DNA from: Mytilus trossulus
Lineage: Eukaryota
Assembly: GCF_036588685.1 (NCBI RefSeq)
Contig: NC_086381.1
Location: forward strand, 52,328,001 to 52,392,000
Direction of reading: 5' to 3'
Length of the DNA: 64,000 nt
A program made the translations under genes and the position numbers. The notes under the pieces are model-generated. The model searched no databases, was not told the origin of the DNA, and was given only the letters and a program-made list of their open reading frames with translations. This document shows positions 49,201 through 57,300 of this stretch, in pieces (positions within the stretch are counted from its first letter, which is position 1; each line of letters begins with the position of its first letter).

Positions 49201-49925
49201 CAATGATTGACATTATATTAAAAAAAAACGATTTTAAACTTCACTTTGATATGAATTTGATGTTCTGATGTAAACTGTTAAATTGGCAGTGCATCATTCA
49301 AATTGTGCACATAATCCTAAGTGGGTGATAACTTTTCAGGAATTATAAAATCCAAAATCAGTCGGTATAATATGAAAATGGACTATTATGAAAACTTTTA
49401 TTTTGCATTTTTAACAACTTGTTTTTTATCCTTTCAGTTCACAATGAATGAAATGGACTCACCATTCTCAGATGTAAGTACATGTTCTTGTATTTTGTTT
49501 ATTAATTATTTAAATCAGTTGATATCAGAAAGTATTACTTCAATGAATTTACTGTTGTTATATTTTATTTGAAATTTTAGCATTGTATCAATATTCATCT
49601 GAATGTATTTATTTGGATATCTTAATTTTATGTCATATTAAATAAAGAAGATGTTGTATGACAGCCAATGAGACTACTCTCCACAAAAGACCAAATGACC
49701 TAGAAGGTATCAACCATTGGTCACTGTAAGATGGCATTTATTTTTTTGCACGTCTTCCTAATTATTTTTATATTTGAAATTCTTGAAAGGCTCAATTAAG
49801 GCCATAAAAGATATCAAATAAATAATATTTGTTGTTATAACTTCAATAATAATGTTATTTTTTGTTTTTTATTTCAGAAAACTGATGGAACCTCAATAGA
49901 CAATCCACTCTACCAAGACCTTTAA
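90..49925 (+). CDS. MALRD1: Giant MAM and LDL-receptor class A domain-containing type I membrane protein (MALRD1/apical endosomal glycoprotein-like), 5'-partial, 48 exons in window
   Basis: Hand-spliced GT-AG exons with consistent phases: 90-220, 667-871, 1598-1747, 1915-2024, 3080-3244, 3797-3887, 4279-4434, 5527-5661, 6405-6536, 6964-7097, 7425-7548, 8515-8649, 9465-9724, 11425-11515, 12393-12533, 13019-13284, 13517-13871, 14438-14568, 15041-15173, 16222-16374, 16684-16842, 18157-18284, 18814-18904, 20249-20395, 21055-21311, 22030-22261, 22767-33221, 33860-34482, 35151-35319, 36517-36614, 36753-36935, 37386-37482, 38112-38264, 38678-38827, 39137-39475, 39855-39983, 40271-40414, 40954-41099, 42405-42609, 43280-43438, 44547-44753, 45395-45520, 46469-46544, 46979-47058, 48104-48200, 48873-48942, 49438-49473, 49878-49925. 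Total 18,002 nt (~6,000 codons). MAM motifs (CxFExxxCxW...TGPxxDHT...GxYxYIE...FWYHMYG...GDIAIDD) and LDLa motifs (FxC...C...CDxxxDCGDxSDExxC). The symbol denotes family-level similarity; orthology was not tested. Confidence 0.93.
585..683 (+). repeat. Three tandem copies (37-39 bp) of the exon-2 splice acceptor junction
   Basis: ttatag|ttggcata recurs with the AG ending at 590, 627 and 666. Confidence 0.85.
822..1208 (+). repeat. Four tandem copies (96-97 bp) of the exon-2 3' end plus donor site
   Basis: Unit tcatgtgacttcactgatgactgtggtgacaatagtgacgaaggaaattgtg|gtaggttatctccccttattaaagattacctccctttctttacag; extra units start at 916, 1013 and 1110. Confidence 0.95.
2209..2420. mobile_element. 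MITE with TACTGTGGAT...ATCCACAGTA ends (TA-flanked)
   Basis: TIRs visible; related copies at 15199-15391, 22292-22500, 36170-36341, ~40820-40907 (partial) and 47135-47585 (interrupted). Confidence 0.8.
2494..2792 (+). repeat. Dispersed repeat (gtgtaaaagcgttgac...gccaatcagaataacctatt)
   Basis: Second copy at ~46210-46460. Confidence 0.7.
4435..4930 (+). repeat. Degenerate ~60-bp tandem repeat (~8 copies) starting at the exon-7 donor
   Basis: Recurrent aagatggtNgtctcccccttgtttattacaaattacccaaaatgacatttcaNttactcag at ~60-bp spacing. Confidence 0.85.
5030..5400 (+). repeat. Dispersed repeat family B (aaaatactgaactccgaggaaaattcaaa...gctagctaaacctctcact)
   Basis: Other copies at 41127-41320 (+), 52300-52480 plus 53170-53230 (-, interrupted) and ~53985-54035 (-). 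Confidence 0.8.
5724..6274. mobile_element. TTAA-flanked MITE (Kolobok-like termini): intact copy 5973-6245 nested in an older copy of the same family
   Basis: TIR ggtggtacctaacact...agtgttgggtaccacc followed by ttaa; a degenerate homologous copy starts at 5724 and its terminus resumes at ~6250-6274. Confidence 0.72.
6734..6946. mobile_element. MITE with TACTGTAAATTCAGAAAT...ATTTCTGAATTTACAGTA ends
   Basis: TIRs visible; related copies at ~3269-3470, ~21715-21907 and ~17995-18064 (partial). Confidence 0.8.
9734..10995. repeat. 30-bp minisatellite, ~42 copies
   Basis: Consensus aatagaggtcaatcttaatagtacacacta in exact 30-bp register; diagnostic variants recur 330 bp apart. Confidence 0.98.
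11138..11380. repeat. 73-bp tandem repeat, ~3.2 copies
   Basis: acatatcttatatttggtcttgtgtatgtaagtttacatgatgactttgtaattacagtaacctgtctacttt at 11141, 11214, 11287 and partial at 11360. Confidence 0.95.
11711..11998 (+). repeat. Dispersed repeat (ataaacccatcata...gactcatcagtgacgctcgaatcc...agaaaagcctta)
   Basis: Internally deleted relative at ~21528-21660. Confidence 0.65.
15199..15391. mobile_element. TACTGTGGAT-family MITE copy
   Basis: tactgtggattcatttattttc...aataatgaatccacagta. Confidence 0.78.
15854..16099. mobile_element. Foldback MITE with ~60-bp TIRs (CTTACAGCTAATTTCCTAA...)
   Basis: Left arm cttacagctaatttcctaatgcatgtaaagcaaaactttagttggcttgcttgc is near-complementary to the right arm ending agctgtaag. 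Confidence 0.85.
18845..19073 (+). repeat. 116-bp tandem duplication of the exon-23 3' end plus donor
   Basis: atatggctttagaYgatatatcaatgaatgacggaccRtgtccaccatcaa|gtaagtcttctataaatagtctgcattct occurs twice; donors at 18905 and 19021. Confidence 0.95.
19932..20086. mobile_element. Palindromic 155-bp MITE
   Basis: taacagtactgtagttgaagagttgccacc...ggtggcaactcttcaactacagtactgtta, a 30-bp perfect TIR; half copy at ~45048-45125. Confidence 0.88.
20506..20850 (+). repeat. Dispersed repeat family C (aattgagaaaggaaatggggaatgtgtcaaa...cagctggcccctaaacaaatatatactagttcagtg)
   Basis: A closely similar reverse-complement copy lies at 42908-43095. Confidence 0.85.
21912..22045 (+). repeat. Three tandem 46-bp copies of the exon-26 acceptor junction
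   Basis: tgtattt..ag|gttgcgtttgaagct with the AG ending at 21937 (degenerate), 21983 and 22029. Confidence 0.88.
22292..22500. mobile_element. TACTGTGGAT-family MITE copy
   Basis: tactgtggattcgtttattttcg...aatattgaatccacagt. Confidence 0.78.
22767..33221 (+). CDS. MALRD1-like giant internal exon (10,455 bp, phase 1-1; ~17 complete MAM plus ~11 LDLa domains)
   Basis: Acceptor ctctttcag|GA at 22766/22767 and donor TGTG|gtgagt at 33221/33222; contains the 3451-aa ORF 22880..33235, whose Met start is internal to a MAM domain. Confidence 0.95.
33860..45520 (+). CDS. MALRD1-like exons 28-42 (four MAM/LDLa pairs, Pro/Thr-rich linker, further LDLa domains)
   Basis: Spliced translations such as [11 protein letters not shown]...[47 protein letters not shown] and [14 protein letters not shown]. 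Confidence 0.88.
35484..36116. mobile_element. Non-autonomous TIR element nested in another MITE
   Basis: aacgtgacggtacccaaattgcaccta...taggtgcaatttgggtatccttacgtt interrupts a copy (35358-36160) of the element seen intact at ~8268-8450; diverged inverted copy at ~58385-58805. Confidence 0.72.
39702..39832. repeat. 63-bp tandem duplication just upstream of the exon-36 acceptor
   Basis: atgctaattagNaaggtcatggNtagattYaactgattYYatattccaaYggNtggtttaatt occurs twice. Confidence 0.85.
41487..41654. repeat. GC-richer dispersed repeat with ggatttcgg sub-repeats
   Basis: gaggggggatagga...tcctatcccccctc ends; related inverted copy at ~8780-8963. Confidence 0.7.
42908..43095 (-). repeat. Family C copy, inverted
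   Basis: Reverse complement of ~20506-20685. Confidence 0.85.
43500..43732 (+). repeat. Dispersed repeat family A (aagatgtggtatgagtgccaatgagacaactctcca...)
   Basis: About 10 copies in the window: ~1232, 7970, 40492, 43500, 44426, 49643 and 50798 (+); 50240-50505, 51588-51690 and 57955-58050 (-). Confidence 0.85.
43981..44204. mobile_element. MITE with GGGTCTCATT TIRs
   Basis: gggtctcattaggg...ccccaatgagacccc; inverted copy at 53543-53766. ORFs 44060..44254 and 53553..53750 are similar only because of this repeat. Confidence 0.85.
46469..47058 (+). CDS. EGF-like domain exons (46469-46544, 46979-47058)
   Basis: Spliced peptide [37 protein letters not shown] has the six-Cys EGF pattern with CxC and GxRC. 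Confidence 0.85.
48104..48200 (+). CDS. Transmembrane exon of the MALRD1-like protein
   Basis: [25 protein letters not shown] followed by the basic stop-transfer segment TKKRREK; flanked by cag and gtatgt. Confidence 0.9.
48873..49925 (+). CDS. Cytoplasmic tail exons (48873-48942, 49438-49473, 49878-49925) with two NPxY motifs
   Basis: [23 protein letters not shown]|[12 protein letters not shown]|[15 protein letters not shown]; TAA at 49923-49925. Confidence 0.85.
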
Positions 49926-50082
49926 AAACTATGATAAAACAATACAACCGTGATAGCATTTACATTAAGTGCCATGTTATAATACTCAATGATTTGTGAT
50001 AGTGCAATAATATATTACTCCTTTTGTGCAATATTTTGTTACTTCTAAAATTTGTTATTAGAATCACATGTTATTTTATGAA

Positions 50083-50088
50083 AATAAA
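50083..50088 (+). terminator. Candidate polyadenylation signal (AATAAA) of the MALRD1-like gene
   Basis: AATAAA ~160 nt after the stop with T-rich sequence downstream; chance hits are common in this AT-rich background. Confidence 0.35.
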
Positions 50089-53000
50089 TATTTATCTTAC
50101 ACTTTTGAAGAATTTCTGTGAGGCCTTTTTTTTTAATGTCATATCTATCAAAATACAATTTCCAAAATCCACTGAATATTTGTTACATTTGAAAGTATCC
50201 TCCTTTCCACTGTATAAAAATCACTGCATTTGTTAACACCTGTCCTAAGGAGCCTGTTCAGTGGTTGTGGTTTGTTGGTGTGGTTTATAAGCGTTTCTCG
50301 TTTCTTGTTTTTATAATAAGACAGTTTGTTTTTCCTGTTTGAATTGTTTTAGACTAGTCATTTTGGGGCTGAATAGCTTGCTGTTTGGTTTGAGCCAAAG
50401 CTCTGTGTTGCAGATTGTACTATCACCTATAGTTGTTGCCTTTCTTTTGTCCATCGTGACATGGACAGAGAGTTGTCTTATTTTCACTCATACCACATCT
50501 TCATATTTCTATTTTTTCAACTTTTAATGAAAAAATATGTTGTTTCATATAATTGATTGATTGATTGAATGATTGTTATTTATTGTTTAACATCCAGTGG
50601 TTATTAGCTTAGCTTTGCTTATGATCTATATGTTGAAATTTTTACCCTTATGCATCTGCTTATATCATTCCAATACAAATTCTATTTATTTTAAAACCTT
50701 TCAAGCGAAAGATGAAAGGAAAAGGTACACGTTGTGGTGATAAGCATGCACCCACTTTGAATCCAAAGTATCAGAAGACAAGGAGCGCAGTATGAATTAG
50801 AAGATGTGGTATGAGTGTCATTATCAATCTATATTGAAACAAGTAAAAAAAGAAACGATAATAACTTATGAACAACATCAACAAACAACAACCACTGAAC
50901 ATCAGATTACTAACTTAGGACAGGTGCAAAGAAATGCAGTGGGATTAAACTAGCAACCGTCACACTTATCTGTACCTGAAACAATAGTGAAAAATTACAA
51001 CATAAAAAGACGCACTGTAAAATTTCAATTGAAATGACTTGACTCAATCAAAACACATATTAACAAAAAACATGTAAACATTCACTGAAGGAATAAATTT
51101 GATCTAAGACACAATGTCAATACAAAATCAATAAAATAAGAGGTTAGATGTTAACAATATCAGAAAGAAGACCATAACCTTGGACAAAATGCTGCCAAAG
51201 CATAGCATTCTCTTAACATTATCAAATGTCTGAAGGCAGGGTCAGATGAATTCTGCCAGACAGAAATGTACACCTTACAATCATTCTTTGCCCAAATATA
51301 GTTAGCCTTTTGTCTTAATCATCTGAGAAACAAACCTTATTACGTTGATTGAATGCTTATTTGGCAGTTAAAGCCACTTTCAGCAACTATTGGTTAGTTT
51401 TTATTGTTGGAGGTTACACTAGTGCCAATACTGAATCAGAATCTTCAATAAGAAAACTTGAAATCATTGGCAATTAAGATTGGAGATGAATGCATCTGCC
51501 AGATGTGGGTTACAACATCTTTGTTGACAGGCTAAACTACTTAGACCACTCTGTCACAGAGGCACAGACCTAATCACTAACTGAACATTTGAAGGCCGTA
51601 CAGTTACCTATAGTTGTTAATGTCTGTGTCATTTTGGTCTTTTGTGGATAGTTGTCTCATTGGCAATCATACCACATCTTCTTTTTTATATTGACCAATA
51701 AACCATCAAAATGAACTCTGTAAACAAACAAGTACACTATGACATCAATCAATATACCAAAATGAGCGCTTTAACGACCCTATAAAATTACTAAATTCTG
51801 TTAATTGCATTTTTTTTCTAGGATCATGATCAAAAGATTTATATCAAGTTTTCTATTATTGTGCACTGTATTGTGGAACTCCCTGTATTCATGAATGTAG
51901 CATTTCATTTTGAAATGAAGGTTGATTTCAGAAACACAAGATTGCTGTCAGCAAATCAAAATAACTTAATTACAATGAAACCTACGTGTAATGTAATTAT
52001 TGAAGAATAAACCATGAAAATAGGTACAGGTCACATGAATCATGCCCGACAGACATAAACACCTTACAATCATTCCATACACCAGATACAGTTGACCTAT
52101 TGCATATAGATAAACTGAAAAGAACAAGAATATTTATAATGTAGACCAATAAAGCATGAAAATGATTTCAAGGTCAAATATCATGGTTCATCTATTCCTT
52201 AAAGTGTCAAAGATAACGACTTGACCATGAAAACATAACCTTGATCACTGATCAATGAAATGATGTCAAGGTCAGGTAGACATTTATATCTTGGTTTCAC
52301 ACATTGTTGTCAAAATAATGGAATTTGATGTGACTGTCATTAAAGTGAGAGATTAAGCAAGCTATAAAGCCATGTTTAATCCACCTTTTTCTGTAAAGAA
52401 AATGTCTGTACCAAGTCAGGAATATGAGTGTTGTTATCCATTCATTTGATGGGTTTGAGCTTTTGAGTTTGCCATTTGATTAAACAAGTAACAATTAAAA
52501 TTGCCTATACAAGTAATGTTGAAAACGAGGCTAATTTAAATATAACTTATATAAGTTATTTTTCTGAATATTATTTTTATAGGTGTGGGGGACTGTCCAA
52601 GAATACAGATTTTACTAGCTTTAAATAATTTTCACAGTTATCTGGTTATTTTTCCCTTGATATATAAAAACTAATCCTTCTGAAACACTAATTAACTTTC
52701 CGATGCACTTATCTTTCATACCGATGCTTCTGGATCAAAGATTGGTCTCTTGGGACTATTAAATTATCATTTTCCTCTAAAATCTTGAAGGTAGACTGAT
52801 ATAAATAGATAGATACTTGTGAATTAATTAAGACCTGAAGTTATTTATAATTTGTAACCTAAATCAATTAAATATGTGCCTTAGATAAGTGTTATTGCTA
52901 TTTTTTTCAAAAATGTTTAAAATAACTTATTCAGGTAATATTTTTGTCATTGTTTTCAAAGTAACCCTTTATCTCTTTACTCCTCTCAAATCTGATAAAT

Positions 53001-53542
53001 TCTTTCTTTTATGATATAAAATGTTGTTTAAAATCATGAAACTACATTTAGTGTAAGTTTCTATTCAAAATTAAAATAACTCTATTAAGTAATTTTATTA
53101 TTTTTAAAATAAAAAATTACTTATATAAGTAATTAAAAAAAATAACTTGTTTAAGTAACGCCCCTGACTGATTAATGACTTACCGTTTTGAATTTTCCTG
53201 GAAGTTCAGTATTTTTGTGATTTTACTTTTGTTAGGATTACATATACTAAATATAGATATCCTGTTACTAATTAATGTGGATTTTGTGTGACAACTTTTC
53301 TTAAAGCAGTTACTGAACCATAACAAAAATCAACACTTTTGATTAGCACCAATATTTTTAATCAAATACAATTATTGTTTACAACAAAATTGCACATATT
53401 CATTTCAGGCAGTGATTCAGATTGTCAACAGATTGCCTTAAGTAAAATATAACCACATAGAAAATTTAAACGGCTACAGATATTCAAAATAGAATAAAGG
53501 TGACATTTTACCCTCTGTCAAATCATATCTCATTCCCTCATA

Positions 53543-53766
53543 GGGGGTCTCATTGGGGGGTTCCGATCCCGGATCCCGCTTACGGTTTTGTCCGATTCCC
53601 GGATCCCGCTTACACTATGTAAGTAAGCAATTTTCATTTTTTGGTCATTTCCCGGGTCCCTCAAGGCCTCATTTCCCGTTTTCACGACACAATAAAATGA
53701 CTTTCACGTGTCACGCTTACAAAAAATCGGCAATCCTGCGTCACGCTTAGACCCCAATGAGACCCA
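53543..53766. mobile_element. GGGTCTCATT-family MITE copy
   Basis: Reverse complement of 43981-44204. Confidence 0.85.
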
Positions 53767-54206
53767 CCTCATAGCAATTTCTCTATTCTCAAAACAGACC
53801 CGTAGTATTTCATATTAATAATCATCTGTGATGTTTTTGACAAACAAGAAATAATTTCAAGACCATGCCATATTAATTTTGAATGTTTTTATCATAGATT
53901 GCTAAAATATTATTTTAAAAATCACAGGTCCTTGGAATTTGAGGTCTGTTATAAAAACAGTATAAATCAAACATTCTTTTAATGGACTTTTCGAATTGAT
54001 TTTCCTCTGAGTTCAGTATTTTTGTGATTTTACTTTTTAAAAGCATTCAATATTTTTTAAATTTTAGTCTCATTCTTAACAGTAAACCATAACCTATGAC
54101 AATTATTATATTATTCTAACCCAATAAAACAAGTAATCTCTCCCAAAAAAAATGCAATTGTAACAACCCACAAGTTTGAGCAATTTATAATGATATTGAA
54201 TGGATT

Positions 54207-54385
54207 TCATTTCATAAATAAAACCTTCATTAGTCCACCCCTATATGATGATAATTCATTTTTTAACTTAAATATCAAATACAAAAATATAATGATTGAA
54301 AATGTTCCTAGAATAAAAAATGTTGTCTGTAAGTCATACTGTTTGGCTATGTAACTGAATGGTAATCCTGCCAGGAAAATGCCAA
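54207..54385 (-). CDS. SLC37A4: SLC37A4-like terminal coding exon
   Basis: ttttcag|TT GGC ATT TTC CTG GCA GGA TTA CCA TTC (GIFLAGLPF) open to TGA at 54209-54207. Confidence 0.88.
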
Positions 54386-57300
54386 CTGAAAAAGAAAATT
54401 ATTTGTTAGAAAAGTAACTCAATGTAATTCATACTGCCAGGAAAATGCCAACTGAAAAAGAAAATTATTTGTTACAAAAGTAACTCAATGTTATACTGCC
54501 AGGAAAATGCCAACTGAAAAAGAAAATTATCTGCTAAAAATGTAATATATACTAGCAGGAAAAATGCAAAATTGTCAAATTAATTTCATCTTAGATGTAT
54601 CATCTAAGTTCATTGGATGGTTATAAATACTTATTTCCATGCTTTGATAACCTAGATTTTTGCATTTGAATATTCTGACATGATTTTAATACATATAAAT
54701 CAAAAGCTTCTCTGTTGTTACTTGTGTGGAAAATTTTCAAGAATGATGTAGGGTATAGACAACTGCCTTGTAGCTATAGTCCTTCAAAAACTTATAAGGT
54801 TTACAAATAATAAAATTTTATGCATTCAGGTATACTCTATACATCCTTTGCTTTCAAATGTTTGATTTTGACCATTCCTCATGAAGATAAATCCAGAAAA
54901 TAGTTTGCAGAACGATACTATTATAAGATGCTTATATTGAAAGATGATGTTATAAAATCCTGTTGACAAATATTATAGGGTTAAATGCAGGGCTTCCAAA
55001 ATTTTTCTGAGCCAGCCGGACAGTTTATATCTGATCCGAATTTTAATTCCTAAGACAAAGTCACAAAAGGCAATTATGGTAATCAGATGGCCATCCCAAT
55101 GATTGACATTAAATTAAAATCGATATTAAACTTTAATTTGATATGAATTTTATGTTCTGACATAAACTGTTAAAATTGGCATTGCATCATTCAAAGTGTG
55201 CACATCAGCGTGCTCATATCTGCATTAGACTCTTTATTTGTGCAAAATGAAGTTGTCTAGAACTTTATTTTCGTTTTTAAAGTCACATTTTTCAAAACCG
55301 GATGTTGACTTGACAATCAAGAAGACTAGTGTTCCTCATACACAACGCACAATATCAACTGGTGATGAAAGACCAAGCAAAGAAAAAGGCTGCCTGAGAA
55401 TGGGGGCAAGGATGGGAGGACAGCAATGTAAAATTTTTAAACAAAACATTTTAAAAATTTATTCGAGTTAATACTAAACTTAACAGTATAATCCTTCTTA
55501 TTAAATCTTAAGAGTTTCAGTTCATAAATATTCTGTGAATTAAATATAAATAGTTGCAAAAACATCATCTTACTATTTGTTCTCATAATACACAGCGAAT
55601 AATTTAGTGTTAAATTAACTTTAAAGATATAAAGGAGAATTTTAAAGGGCAAAGACCAAAATCTTTTTCTTTTTATTTCATCTGGTTAATTATCTAAAAA
55701 GTGAATATGTAACCTAATCTGTAAATGTTATCATATTAAATATCGATTAGTAACCAAAAATAATAAACAAAATAAATAAAGTAATAAAAAAATTAATAAT
55801 AAAATATATGAAAAATAACTGTTAAAAGTAAAATCAAAATTTTTCCTTTAATTGCATCAGAGACATATAATACATATATTGTATTATATGTCTCTGATTG
55901 CATGTTAAAAGTATTAAACTGTAAACTTCCCATGTAAAATTCAAAATAAAACCTCCTTTGTAAAAACACATAAAGACTTAAAAAAAAAATTGTAAATATA
56001 GTGTATATATAATGTTGTTGTTTTACGATTGTTAATTTATTCTTCATGTATATATTATTTTTTATTTTCTTTGGTGGTGGAACTGTTCGACATACAGAAG
56101 TATGGTTACCCTACAAAGGGTGTAAAGATCCAGAGAAGAAGACAATGGTAAAACATGGACCATAAACGGATACGTAAAATCCGTGTACGTTAACATAGAA
56201 CTACTGAGCGAAGAAGCTCTTTCCACGTTATTTCTTCAACAAAATACTTGAAATGAACGTTAGATACAGGTATCAATGATACTTTTAGCATTTTTGAAGA
56301 AATGTAGGATGCATAATTGAATTTCCTACCTGTGCACATGCGCACACGTGTTCTTGTTCATACAATGTAGTTCTGACGATTTTTCATTTAAAACCTTTTT
56401 AAATGATTTATCAAATCATGTTAATAAATGTATTTATTATATATTTTAAATCAATTAGATACAAGCTGCTGAAATGTACAAAAATAATTGGGAATGGACC
56501 GATTAATTTATACGATGTCCGGTACTGAAAATAGTTTACCTGTCACCTGAACAGGTAGTTTTCAGCTGTCCAACAACTAATTAGCCTTGATTAAAATTAG
56601 AAAGTATTGAAGTAGGGGTTGTTTTGATAGTAATTAATCATCATGTCACTTTTATGACCGGAAATGTATGGCTGTTAAAAGCAAAATGTTGGGTCAAAAA
56701 CATCGTGAATTTATATGTTAAAATGACCGAAAAAGCCTTTGAAACTAAAAAGTAGATGACCGTTTCATGCTTGCCCAGCCGGTCTTTTACCGGACATTAT
56801 ACAAATGACCGGCATATATGACCGTTTTGGAAGCCTTGGTTAAATGCCTTTTTAAAGGAATTTATTGGTGTATAAACTCAACCAATTCACTCACAAACAA
56901 ATAAAAGTCTGAAGGACTTTGATGATATGTTTGTGAATGACTTGGTCCAGTTTATACACCAATAAATTCCTTTAAAAAGGAGTTTAATCCTTATAAATTT
57001 TAAAATTAGAGACAGGGAATATTCTTTCCCACAGTTGTTAACTCTATCACACATATTTCATTGAATAGGCCTGGCGCATGAATATATTTGTTGGTTTACG
57101 CAAAAATATGTACTTAATGGCAATCTGATAAAAAATAAACTGCAAAAATAGTTATTATCATTCCAACGAATGTTTTTGTGTTTTATTATTCTATTAAACG
57201 ATTAACGTGCAGTTAAAATAAATTTGATTGACGCCAGTGTTATTATCACTGCAATCTTGTTTACATTGGTTGCGAAAAGAAGTTCGGTCAACATCATCTA

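Noticed and set aside
44060-53750. Similar ORFs 44060..44254 (-) and 53553..53750 (+) as a small gene family
   Set aside because: Both lie within copies of the same non-coding MITE.
54988-56838. Autonomous transposase in the hAT-like element
   Set aside because: Only short, low-complexity ORFs are present; no DDE or BED-finger motifs.
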